NCBI GenBank assembly: GCA_013265495.1
Contig: MU058418.1
Span: 2,320,917-2,384,916 of the forward strand
Source: Vicugna vicugna
Taxonomy: Eukaryota
Length of the DNA stretch: 64,000 nucleotides
Direction of reading: 5' to 3'
Part shown: in pieces, positions 38,387 to 50,237 of the stretch
Position numbering within the stretch: position 1 is the first letter of the stretch
Layout: each line of letters starts with the position of its first letter
The notes under the pieces: generated by a model
What the model was told of the DNA's origin: nothing
What the model saw: the letters and a program-made list of their open reading frames with translations, nothing else
Databases searched by the model: none
Made by a program: the position numbers and the translations under genes

Positions 38387-38423
38387 TGTGTGTGTGTGTG
38401 TGTGTCTGTGTGTGTGTGTGTGT
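38385..38423 (+). repeat. Interrupted (TG)n microsatellite
   Basis: Seen directly, abutting the Tigger TIR. Confidence 0.93.
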
Positions 38424-39389
38424 CCCAGAGATTACTCCACAGCAGTTTATGGAGACCCTTCTCATTCTCTTTGACAGCTGTATGGTAGTCTACTATAAGC
38501 ATGTTCCATAGTTTATTCAACCAATTCCTTGTTTATAGACATTTGGGTTGTTTGCAGTCTTTGGCTATTACACATTGGGCTGAGTGAACAGTTTTATGAA
38601 TTCATTACCTAGTATTTTTTCCAGTGTGTCCTTGAGGTAGAGTCCTAGAAGTAGGGTGACTCGGTCAAAGGGCAAATGAATCTGTGATTGTGCTAAATAT
38701 TGTCAAATTCCTGTTCCTAGGAGTACCATTCTGAACCACTCACAACTAGCGTGTCCTGAGTGCGTGAAGTATGCTCAGCATTGTGATGAGCTGTTTGAAT
38801 ACTAACATATCGGAGACTGTGCTGCACTTGATCTTTGGGAAACTTGACTGCTTTGTTAATTAGCTAGGTTTCCAGACAGACTGAGCCTCCTGCTTTCCAT
38901 CGCATCTTCTGTGAAATGATACTCTGGTTTGCTTTTATGAGCACATCATCAGGGCTACGGGTATAAGCAGAAATGTTTCCCCCAGAGTCTGCTCAGGGCT
39001 CTTATGAAGCTGCACAATCTGCACTGAGATCTTGGTCTGCAGCTGGAGATAATATCTACATTGTGTCAAGCCTAGTAGAGATAGGGTTCTCAAAATAAAA
39101 TCCATCACACAGGTAGGACTTATCCACAGCAACCAAGAATGAAAGAAAACCCCAAGCGAGTCAGTATCTCTGGGTGCTGACTCCAACAAAGCTTACGCTA
39201 GAGATTTGTAGCTGGGAGATTTGAGGTGTGCAGTCCTTACAGCCCAACTAAATAATCCCCAATTCCTTCCTGAATTTTCTTTCCAAGTTCTTATTCTATC
39301 ATTAAAACCTGTCCCAGGTGGGGGTTCCCATTTTCTACTTTTCAGATCGTCCTTCCATAGGTGAAGTTGTTGGTGGGAGTGGGAACTTC

Positions 39390-39570
39390 CCCAATACCTT
39401 ACTTACATTATTTAATTCTCATAACAATAATTTTATGAGTCAGGTTATAGGCACTTTCTAGATGAGAAACCCAAGGTTCAGAAAGGGTAGGTGACAGGCC
39501 CCTTTGCAGACATTATGTAAGTAGTGAAGTCAGCCTATGCCTGTATCCCCTACACTGAGATCCAAAGCCT
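39390..39570 (-). mobile_element. MIR SINE
   Basis: TTTAATTCTCATAACAA...TAGATGAGAAACCCAAGGTTCAGAAAGGGTAGGTGAC. Confidence 0.7.
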
Positions 39571-40789
39571 GTGAGGAAGACACAGCACAAGGAGGCCGGC
39601 TCCAAGAGCCTAGTAATTGTCATATCCTCTGATTTTCATGTATTTCTTATTCCTAGAAAGGGTGTTGGGCTGGAAAACAGCCTGCAGGGTGGGTTCGTTT
39701 TTCTCACTGAAGTCCCAGAGAGCATCATTTGTCCCTGCTTCTTCTGTCCTGCTCAGCCATACTGATATTCAGCCACCCACAGACTCAGGCCTCTCCTGCT
39801 GCTGAACCTGGGGGAGGCAGGCCAAGCTGGCCAGTGTCCTCAGTAGGCAGATGCTCGAATGCACCTTCGTAGTCCATGGCAGCCATGTAGCACTGGTGTG
39901 AGCACCCAGGTGCACCTTTTCTCCCTTACTTCTTGTCTCTCTCCCCATGAACTTGTTTCTGACAGGTTCTTGATCCTCATCTCACTCCCAACCAGAAACG
40001 AGCACCCTGTGCAACTCCCAGGGCATCTGACTTGAACTCTGCACTAATCTGGAATGCCAGTCCTGGGTCAAGGATGTGCCTACGCACATCTAAATACAGA
40101 GGCTGAGCACAGTGTCCAGGGGCTTGGTGCCTCCTTGTATTTGGCCGATACTCAATGAGTGTTCATTATTACTATTATTGCCAGCAGTAAATAGATTCTT
40201 AGCTTTGGTATGTGATTATTCCAGTGATAACCAGAATCTATAAACTTAGCCATAAGATTCCAAAGATCTATGGAAATGGTGGGGGAGGGAAGTGGGTGAT
40301 CAAGTAACATCTGAAAAACCACTGCTTCATGGCTTTTGATGGTCATGAGACCCTGTCTCACTGGCCAAGAGATTCACCACAATTACACCATGCTCTTCTG
40401 AGCCGAGGATCATACCTGCCCCACACCTTCTAATAGTTAATGGTACCTTCTGAGCTTTTGGAGTCTAACAGCATCTGGATCATTACCACTTGCTATTCCA
40501 AGTGGTATGACTTCCCCAGAAGCCACAAGTGTGCAGTGTGAAGGCTGGGTAGACCCTGATTTCACAGCCCAATGCTCTGGAGGGATATCTTGACAGTTTT
40601 CTCCATCACTAGGACAGTAGGGCCATGAAAGACTTATAGGAATGATTCTAGTTGTGGTACTGGACCCAGGCTGTGGCTGGGACACATTGTAGAGGAAGAA
40701 TCTGCGAGCTAGAACCCATAGACTTAACCTTTTACCAGGTGTAACATGAAGTTCTTTGGGAAACTGACAGGGGGAAAAAACAATAAATA

Positions 40790-41845
40790 ACCTGTCACCC
40801 AAACCTGTCCACTACCCTGAATCCTGGTTAATGATGAAATTATCCATATAATCACCTAAGTCAAAGACCAAAAAATCATTCTATAGTCCTCCTTTTCCTG
40901 TTTTTCATTCATCTAAGAAGTCACTAAATCCCCCTAGTTTCACCATATTAACATTTTCCTATCTCACTGCCTGGGCCTTAGTTCAAACCTTTGGTATTAC
41001 TCGGCTGCTTCGGTTATCTCCTAACTGGTCCCTGCCCTCATTCATGTCCTTCCATCCAGCCACCAAACCTGATCATGTCACTCTCATTTTTAAAGTACCT
41101 TTCACATCTTCCCCATGGCCCATAGTATCCAAACTCCTTAGCACAGACAGAACCTGCCCCTAAGTCCCCCACCTGAGCTCTATCCCCTGTCAATCTCTCC
41201 ACCCTCATTTCTCACCACTCCCCACAGGTACTCAATGAGTCAGATTAGGCTGGAACATGCTATAGTAACAGATAACTCCCTAAGTCTCCATGGCTTAACA
41301 TACCAGTTTATTTCTTATTCATGCAAAGATCCCTGTGGTACCACATCTCCACAAAGAAGGTGAGACATGTAGTCTTTCATGTGCTCAGGAAAGAAAGAAG
41401 AACCAGAAACTATTAGACGCTGGTCGTTTCTACGTGCTATGTGCTGTGGCCTCCTTAGCATACTCTGCTTGCGATGCCTCTGTGCCTTTGCACATGCTGT
41501 TCCTACCCTCTGCAATGCCTCTCTTTTCCCTCCTTTCCCATCTCTTCCAGCCTTTATTTCTCTGCCAACACATTTCCTGGGAAACTCTCCTACTTGGTGT
41601 TTGGAACCCAGACTTTGTGTCTCCTTCATGAAGCATTTCCTGACAGTCCTCAAGCCCAATGATGAAGATGAATCCACCCTCCTCAGTGTCACAACACGTA
41701 GGACATGGACAAGTTATTGAACTTTCCTTTCTGTGCTGACATGGTTGGTTGATATCTCTGTTCTCCCTGCTTCCTTATGTCCCAAGATCCTGTCATAGAC
41801 CCTGGCACCCAATAAGTGTGTATAGAATGACACTGAGTGAATGTG
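40790..41845 (+). mobile_element. L2 fragments, interrupted by an MLT1 piece at ~41230-41340
   Basis: CTGATCATGTCACTCTC, GTGCCTTTGCACATGCTGTTCCTACCCTCTGCAATGCC, CCTGGCACCCAATAAGTG..GAATGA are L2 3' motifs. Confidence 0.65.
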
Positions 41846-42744
41846 GCCCTTACTGGTGGGGGCGCAGGTCTTTCTCATGAGTCCCATCTGCATTAGACGT
41901 GCCGTGAGGTTGGAAACAGTGATCTATGTCAGAGTTGTTGTCCTCATCTCTCCCTAAACCCTCTGCCTGTATGTTAGAGGGGCCTGTTGTCTTCTTGGAC
42001 CTAGCAAGCACTGCTAGGAACAAACAAGATGTTAATTCTTCAAGATTCTGTGAATACTCTTTCCACTCATTCTTGAGGCCAGGACAAGGGTTAACAGATG
42101 AGGGGAATAAATACTAATTGGGGAGGAGCTTTGGAAAAAGGAAGAAAAATGAAAAATGACCATAGTCCGCAAGAGGGTAAAGGCATTTCTGCCCTTTCCT
42201 TCTTGGGCATGATCACCATGTATTATGTCAACCTCTGTCCAACAAGGCTCTCATTGACTACTTATGCTCAGGACTCAAAGGAAAAGAGGTCCTACATCAA
42301 TTCTTCTTTCCTTCAATTTCCCCCTGGCTTCTCCCACTAAGGCAGGCTGCTTCCACTGACCTCTACTTCTCCTAGTTGGGCCCAGTTAACTAAACCTCAA
42401 CAACTCCCACTCTGTAAATTTCACCTGTGCCCTCATCAGTAAAGGCCACATTCACTCACTCAGTGTCAGTCCATACCCACCTGGCTTCCTCCTTCCTCTC
42501 CTTGAAAACCAATTTTCCCACTAATATTCCAGTCTTCTCTGGAGATCCAGGTTGTGGGCCAGGCCATGTTAACTCAGGGTTCTTGGTAAACTATAATGGT
42601 AATAACTGGTATTTCCTCCTTCCCATTATCTTTCCAATAATCTGTGCAACTAGGATATATTTTCCTTCATTTTCATTCTCTATCATCAAAATTCATTTTG
42701 CTGTTCTCATTCCACATACTTAAAAGCTCAGAGTGAGTTAGTGT

Positions 42745-42900
42745 GTCATCTGGGCTTCCGCCTGGCTAGCTATGCCTTCTAGATTAATATCCACACTACA
42801 TTTAATTAGCACAATATTTACCTCTGCTTTCTTGCTCATTAATAAAGATATCACAGCAAAACAGACTCCTGTGATGGCCCTCCTGAGCCATATCCAGGTG
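42745..42900 (-). mobile_element. L3/CR1 LINE reverse-transcriptase relic
   Basis: Minus-strand translation gives ..GPSQESV..DIFINE.. and VNIVLIKCSVDINLEGIAS, resembling the CR1 RT motif GVPQGSVLGP..FNIFINDL..STLIKFADDTKLGG. Confidence 0.6.
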
Positions 42901-43510
42901 TCTAAATGTGAGAAGAGGGCAATTTGATTATTTGTGTGATAACTGACATAATAATGCATTCATAACCATTTCCCCAGAGGCTCAGTGGCCTCTTCAGAAG
43001 CAACTGTCATTCAATTATTACTTTCAAAATTGTATTTTTAAATCAATGAAGCACTTGTGAGATCTTAAAAAAATATTCCCTTCACTGTTCCACCCTGACC
43101 ACATCTTCTCATTGATCCAGAGCCCCTAAAATGGAAGAATATGAAAACAAACTCCAAGGTACAGAGCTGGAGGAAGAACAGCAATGAGCAAGCCTTCTAT
43201 AGGGTCACTGGTGGCTCCCTGCCATGGGTTGGAACACACCTTGTGTGCCATGCCTTGAAGGGGTGATTTTAGTTACCTACTGATTTCCTCATCTGAACCA
43301 ACTGGAATTCATGTTTGAGCAGGGAAATTTCATAAACCAATTTAGAGACCTCTATCTGCCAATAGTTACTTTGAACTCTTCAGTTATTAATTCCAGAGCT
43401 CCAAGGGTATTTGGACAATGCAAAGAACTCTTTTATGAGAAATACTGCAGTAGGATCACTGAACATGATTGTTATACATTACCAGTGTATCTGGTGATAA
43501 GAACATAAAC

Positions 43511-44011
43511 TGTCCTCCCACAGGGATTGGTGGGCCAACTGACATCCTTCAAAGCCCAACAACCCCCACCTCTGGGCTCTCAGATGTCTGCCTGTGATCC
43601 CTCAACAGATAAAGTACAACCTTAACTGGGCATGTCTCCCGTAACAAACTAATAGCCCTTGGGACTGCCTAATCTCACAATAGCTCAGGCTGGCTTGTTT
43701 CAGCCCACCTTATCAGACTCAGAAAACCCACCACCCTTCCCAGACCCTAAACCTCTTACCTCACCTACAACCAATCAGAGACTTGTGCACAAACCAATCA
43801 GGCACCTTGTGACCTGACCTTATAAAAGACCCCAACAACCAGCCCTCAGTGCTCACACAGACACCTCTCGTCTGTGTGGCCCACTGTTGTCTATAGCAGC
43901 CTACCCCTAATAAACTCCTTTTCTATTCCCACGCTTTATCCCTGGTAAATTCTTTTACCAACTTGTGTGTCACTGGCTCACTGACCAACTGCTTCATTGT
44001 GTCCCACAACA
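43511..44011 (+). mobile_element. ERV solo LTR with intact promoter and polyA signals
   Basis: TG...CA ends (5' boundary uncertain); CCAAT at 43771 and 43794; TATAAAA at 43821-43827; AATAAA at 43909-43914; U5-like GGTAAATTCTTTTACC. Confidence 0.8.
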
Positions 44012-44349
44012 GAGATTTTCCTGAGACATCTGTGAAAAGTGACATAGAATAACCTTGGTAGGGGGACACGGAGGTAATAGTAACAATAACTTACAGGTGG
44101 TTAACATGGTGGCTCTTAATTAGGGAGGTATCTGAGGTTTTTCAAGCACCCCAAAAGACTTGATTCCAACTGATCAGGGGCTGAATCCAGGCATGTGTAT
44201 TTTGAAAAAGCTCTCATTGCATACCTCTTCCTTAGGAGAAGCACTGACAGCACTTCATGGATTTCAAAAAGCATTTCCATCCTACACAACTGCTTGATGA
44301 GACTGCCTCCACATTGTTAGGTTCAGGGTCTCTTAACACTTAGGCTCTT

Positions 44350-44690
44350 AGTTGACCATTTGCTCTGTCTGGTCAGACACTCCCTTCTTTTCTTATCTTC
44401 AGGGAAACCACAGCCAAGAACTGTGGTTCTTTTTTGCTTTTCCTCTGACCTCAGTCATGACTCTTTGTGTCTCTTGCTAGATCCTCTTCCTCACCATCAT
44501 CTAAATATTGAAGAGCTCCAGGGCCCAGACCCTGCATATCCTCTCTTCTTAGGTGACTCAATCAGTCCCATGGCTTCAAATACCTTGTCTATGCTAAGGA
44601 ATTCCTCACTTCTATCTCCATCTCCTACCTGCCTCCTGAATTTTGGACTCCTATATCCAACTGCCTGGCTAACATTTCTCCTTGAATATT
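44350..44690 (+). mobile_element. L2 fragment (continues at ~45972-46795)
   Basis: TAGGTGACTCAATCAGTCCCATGGCTTCAAATACC...TATCCAACTGCCTGGCTAACATTTCTCCTTGAA. Confidence 0.75.
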
Positions 44691-44840
44691 TAAAATATTT
44701 AAATATTAAAGTATTTAAAACAAAAGCAATATTAAATATTAAATTAAAAATATTAAACATTAAAAAACTATATATTTAAAATTTCTTGTAAGTTTATATA
44801 TAAATTTAAATGTTAAAAATATTTAAAATAAAAGTGAAAA
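44685..44840. repeat. AT-rich low-complexity tract (AAATATT-like units)
   Basis: Almost purely A/T with repeated TAAATATT/TAAAATATT. Confidence 0.85.
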
Positions 44841-44844
44841 AGAA

Positions 44845-45780
44845 AAAACAAATGGGATCTAATTAAAAGCTTTTGCACAGCTAAGGTTACCATCAACAAA
44901 ATGAAAAGACAACCTACAGGATGGGATAATATATTTGCAAATGATGCAACTGACAAGGGACTAATTTCCAAAATATATAAACAGCCCATACACCTAATAC
45001 CAAAAAAACAAGCAACCCAATCAAAAAATGTGCAGAAGACTTAAATAGACATTTCTCCAAAGAAGACATACAGATGGCCAACAAGCACATGAAAAGATGC
45101 TCAACATCACTAATTGTTAGACAAGTGCAAATCAAAACTACAATGAGATATCACCTCACACCAGTCAGAATGGCCATCATTAAAAAGTCTATAAACGATA
45201 AATGCTGGAGACAGTGTGGAGAAAAAGGAACCCTCCTACACTATAGGTGGGAATGTAATTGGTGCAGTCACTATGGAGGACAGTATGGAGATTCCTTTAA
45301 AAAGTAAAATTAGACTTACTGTATTATCCAGCAATCCCACTCCCAGGCATATATCTGGAGAAAAATATAATTCAAAAAGACACATACACCCCAATGTTCA
45401 CAGCAGCACTATTTACAATAGCCAAGACATGGAAACAACCCAAATGTCCATCGACAGATGACCAGATATATATATATATATAGTACACACACATACACAC
45501 ACATGCATATAATGGAACACTACTCAACCATAAAAAAGAATAAAATAATGCCATTTGCAGCAACATGGTTGGACCTGAAGATCATCATTTTAAGTAAAGT
45601 AAGCCAGAACGAGACAGAAAAATACCATATGATATTAGTTATATGTGGAATCTTAAAAAAAAAGACACATATGAACTTCTCTACAAAACAAAAACAGACT
45701 CACAGACATAGAGAAAAAACTTACGGTTATCAGGGGGTAAAGGGGGTGGGAAGGGATGAATTGGGAATCCAAAAATTGCA
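44845..45780 (+). mobile_element. L1 ORF2 C-terminus and 3' UTR (cetartiodactyl type), frameshifted
   Basis: ORF 45074-45307 reads [32 protein letters not shown]...[19 protein letters not shown], the L1 ORF2 cysteine-rich end. Confidence 0.95.
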
Positions 45781-45925
45781 CCTCTTGGGGAGTGATGGAA
45801 ATGTTAGCTATCCTGATTGTGGTGGTGATTTCATGGGTGTATGCGGCTATCAAAATTCATCAAATTGTACATCTGAAATATGTATAGTTTACTGTACAGG
45901 AACCATACCACAATAAAGGTGTTTA
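45781..45925 (+). mobile_element. Older L1M 3' terminus
   Basis: GGAGTGATGGAAATGTT..TATCCTGATTGTGGTGGTGATTTCATGGGTGTAT..TCAAAATTCATCAAATTGTAC..CAATAAAG. Confidence 0.75.
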
Positions 45926-45971
45926 AAATATATATTATCTTGTTTTGGAACTTAAAAAAAAAGAAAAAAAA

Positions 45972-46795
45972 GACATTACAAACATAAAATGTCTAAAAAA
46001 ATTTTTTTGATCCCTCCAAACCTGTTCCTTTCCTAGGCGTTCCCATTTCACTTAACCAGCTGCTCAAACTAAAAATCTGACCTACCCTCTATTTGTCTTT
46101 TCCCCACATATCTAATCCATCAGCAAGACTCATAGAAGTGTTCATTTCTCTCCATCTCTCTCCTATTACCCTTGTCTAGCCCACCATCTTCTATTTGGAC
46201 TCATACCACAGCCTCCTAACTGGTTTTCTTGTTTCCATTTGATTTTCACCTACCTCAGAATGACCAGAGAAATCTCTTAAAAACAAAACCCAAATCATGA
46301 CATCCCTCTCTCTTCTGAAAATATTTCCCATGGATTCCTATTTCTCTTAGAATTAAATTCATTCCCTGTGTTTACAAAGGCTGAAGGACCTAGCCCCTGG
46401 CTCCCTCTCTCCTTCACTCACTATGTTCCAGCCATGTTGCACCCCCTCCCCCCTTTTTTTGTTTCTAAAATACTCCAAGTTTGTTCCTGTAATAGGGCCT
46501 TTGATTTCCATGTGTCTTCTACAGATTGACCATCCCCATCAACTTTGCATAGCTGGTTCCTTCCTGTCATTCAGATCTCAGCTTGAATATCACTTTTTCA
46601 GAGATACCTGCACTGACCTCCCAGTCTAAAGCAAATGCCCAGTCCCTTTTTTCACGCTCCCCTGTCTATTCATCTGCATACGAGTTAGCACTTATTTGCT
46701 GTTTTTTCATTTATTTATATACTTAGAATGAGAGCAGGGACTTTGTCTCATGCTTATTTGAAATATCCCCCGTCCTAGATAACTAATGAATGAAT
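45972..46795 (+). mobile_element. L2 3' portion
   Basis: ATCCATCAGCAAG, ACAGCCTCCTAACTGG, TCATTCAGATCTCAGCT, GAGCAGGGAC, and a terminal (TGAA)n at ~46787. Confidence 0.8.
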
Positions 46796-47595
46796 GAACC
46801 CATTTACTTTATCAACCTGGCTACGAAGGAGGCTTGATCATCCTTTTTAACAGATGAGAAAAATGCCATCCAGTGGGGCCAGATGACTTGCTTAAGGTCC
46901 TACAGCTAGCTCAGCAACAGGGCAAGTCTTCTGAGTCTTACTCCAGCCTTGTTTTCTGCACATTTAGAGGCTACCTCCACATGGAGACTTTCACCTTGAA
47001 AAAATGCCCTCATCTTCCTTTAAAAAATTAAATGTCCTGCCCACCAATGCAAAATAAGAGTGGTGTGCAGACTATGGGTCTAAGTGCAGGGAGAAGCAAC
47101 AGTTGCCTGAGTTTGGTGGATTTCTGCTGACCAAATGTGATGTGACCTCCAGGAAAGGAACATAGTAGAGAACAACACAATTATACCGGGATGCGTGGGG
47201 GTGTAAGTGTGGTGTGAATGAGTACCTGCACACATCGTTCCTCATCCGTGGGTCCTTTGTGCTTGTACTGAGCCAAGACTCCTAGGATGAGTCACAGTCA
47301 CCAGTATGCATTCCTTGAGCTGAACCACCAGCATCTCCTTCACCAATCATTGCTCACGTAGGAAACAAGCCCAAGCAGAAAGTTTGAATGTACCCCAGGG
47401 CAGAGCCTGCAGGCACCCCTATGATTAGAAATGGGACTATCAATTAGTTTTCAAGTTGGGAAGGAGGTCTTCAGGTTTTGTCTTTGGAGGTGATCACCTG
47501 CCCATTCATTTTCCAATTGAACCAGTGGCAGTACATGTATTGACAATGGCAGCATTTACCTAGGCCTGAGTGTTTCAGAAAATGTGTAGGAAACT

Positions 47596-47622
47596 GTTCC
47601 CATAGCAACGAGGAGATGGCAG
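47596..47622 (+). promoter_or_regulatory. Candidate RFX X-box abutting a CTCF-like motif
   Basis: GTTCCCATAGCAAC (47596-47609) and CGAGGAGATGGCAG (47609-47622; 12/14 to CCASYAGRKGGCRS). Motif match only. Confidence 0.35.
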
Positions 47623-48842
47623 TTCAAGTGTGCTGCTCCTGCTGAATTAGAGAATGCAGCAGCCAAGTTCTTCCTCTTCAGACTAAAGCTCTCCTTAAAA
47701 AGGGAATGATCATGTTCTTAAGCATATCTTAACCGCCACTTAGCTTCCAGATCTGCCAGTTCAGAAAACACAGCCAAGTCCTGAAGGCTGTATGTCCAAA
47801 TGCTTCCAAGGACATCCAAGGAATGAAAGAGGTTTGAAACCTGCTCACTCCTGCTGGCTTTTCTTAAGCCTCTGCCTTAATCTGGGCTCTCTGGTCAGTT
47901 CTGTTTTGTTTGCTGGCTAATCGCAGGTGTTAGCATCTGGGCTTGAAACCCCGGCTGCCACCCTCCATTTCCCTTGGTTTCCATGCTTGAGCCACACAGA
48001 TTGTCATGAATAACTGCAAGGATTAGCAAGTCCCTGTTGTTCTGAGGACTCAACCCTGAGTGGAAAGAACTTGCTGAGGAGCAGGGGAAGTCAGCTAGGG
48101 GTTTTATCATCTGTATGACATGAACAAATCCCTTAATCTCTGAGTTTTAGCTTCCTTGTTTCTAAAACAGCATTTACAAGTTATAGAATGCTTGTAAGGA
48201 CAGTACAAAAAGTAGAGAAAGCAGCTTAGTGCAGTGCCTGGGCAGTGGTGGCCTTCCACAAACTCTGGTTCTCCTCCCCTTGACACCCCACTCCTAAGGC
48301 CACACTTGCCTCAGGAGGACAGACTTTCTAGACTGAGGCAAAAATACTGGGAGCAGAGAGCTTCCTTGAAGGGCAGGGAGGGAGAGAAGAGGAATGGCGG
48401 ACACCAAGGATGCTATTCTTTGGGGTGGAGTTGGGGACCGTGTGTTGGGTGACGTCCAACCAGAAAAGACCCATGAACATGTTTCGGGATATTTGGTAGA
48501 AATCTTCCATTGCTTTTTAAAAGGCTGCTGAATTGCACTCTCTTGGCTAATTGACATTTTCTTTAATCGTATTGCTTAGAGCTGTGCAAACAAGGTTTGA
48601 AATCCAGGGGGATAGGAGGGCACTGAATAAAGACTGAAGAGGAATGAAGCAGCAGTTGGCAGTCCTTGCAGTCCCTCCTGATGGAGTTGCCACACACACC
48701 CTTTTCATGAATTACTAGAAGACTGGTGTGAGGTAAATGTGGCGTATTTAATACTTCACTTCTTAATTCTGCAACCCCTTTATCTTTGACCACAGAACTG
48801 AGAAAGATTTTTTTTTTTTAAGCTCAATAATACGTTGCCTCC

Positions 48843-50237
48843 TGTAGGCAAAGGGAAAGACTTTTCTCTACCCTCCTGGGTTCTCCACCTGGGGCCCTGG
48901 AAATTAAACTGACAAAAGACAGACTAACAAGAGAAAAAAAAACAGTTTTAATTATGTGCAGAGGCAGTTAGGATCTGGGGGTTTGTATACCACTCCAAAG
49001 GGCAACAGGTGGTGGAGAAGAGGCTAGGTAAAGGAAAAGGGATTTGAGGCTTTTTTTTTAACTGAAGGTATACTTGTTCCAGTTTTGACTCAAAATCAAA
49101 ACCAATAAGCCCTTTCACAGCTTAACCAGGGATGCAAGAGGTATTCCCAAAGACTATGCAAAAGATGCAGCCCTCATGACCCAGAGTCACTCCCAATGAT
49201 AGCTGAAAAAAAGACATGCATGAATGTCTGAGCGTACGACCTCCATTTCTGTATGGCCGTCTACAAATTCTCAGGGCCCCCAACCTGATGATTGGCCACG
49301 TCCAGATGTGATCCTACCAACTTGTGCCCCCTAGCAGGCAGAAAGTCAAGCCAAAGCTCTCAGGACACAAGTAAGACAAACTGGAAATGTCCCTGGGAAG
49401 GAAGGGACCAGTAACCAATGAGTACTCAAAACCCAATTCACAAGAGTCACAATATAAATAAGTACTTCTTGCCAATGTTTTTCTCCTGATAATCTAAATT
49501 TGGAAATGAAAAGACAAAGAGACTCTTAACTGCTCTGTCAATTAGACCCTAAAGGTAGAAATCTGCGAGGCTGATTTATTAGTAAGAATTTTCACTTTTT
49601 GCCAGTTTTGTCCGACATCCCAAGATTTCAGCCGGAGCCCCCAGACCAACTGCAGTGTCTCAGCCACCCCTTTGTGGTAAAAAGAAAACACTCTTCCTCT
49701 GCCCTCTTTGTTCAATGGCTGGGGCCTGCAAATCAAACTGATGAAAAACAGAATAACAAGAGAAAAAATAGATTTAATTATGTACATACAGTGGAAGTTC
49801 ACAAAGAAAAATGTGGCTCAAGGAGGAGTTCAGAAAGTGGGGGCTTATATACCAATCTAAGGGGTGACAAAGTGTGGAGAAGAGGTTAGAAAAAGGAAGA
49901 GGGGTTTGGGGCTTCTGGGCAGTGGGGGGTGAGATATGGAAAGGTGCGCAGGAAATGCAGGTCAACAGGAGTTGTTTAGGAAGATTTGCTACACAGATGT
50001 CTCTCCATGCCTACTCCACAGATAAGAGTTATCAAGAGTCCTCCTCTTCCTCCTTTAAGAGGAGGTACCTTCACAAACTGGAATCACCTTTATAAATGTA
50101 AATTTCCTTTATAAAAGGGAAACAGGCTCTGTTTTTAGAGCTTTTCCTGTGTCTACTGTTCCTCAGTTGCCTTCAGCTCAAAATAATCCTTAAACCAAAG
50201 AAGAGTGTTTTGGGGTGTCGTGGTCTGGTCCCTGCCA
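48843..50237 (-). mobile_element. Internally deleted MER34-like ERV1 provirus (5' LTR 49673-50237, leader ~49060-49672, partial 3' LTR 48843-~49050)
   Basis: Two related LTR segments in the same orientation, TG/CA termini, and a 4-bp TSD CTCC at 48839-48842 and 50238-50241. Confidence 0.8.

Larger units (their letters stand above)
36080..38760 (-). mobile_element. Old L1MC/L1ME 3' region (fragmented)
   Basis: TTCCTTTTAGTGGGAAATGGCATCTAGAGACTACAATCTGGG, GACATTTGGGTTGTTTGCAGTCTTTGGCTATTAC, TCCTAGAAGTAGGGTGACTCGGTCAAAGGG. Confidence 0.7.

Noticed and set aside
45074..45916. ORFs as a host protein-coding gene
   Set aside because: They are frameshifted L1 ORF2 C-terminal and 3' UTR sequence.
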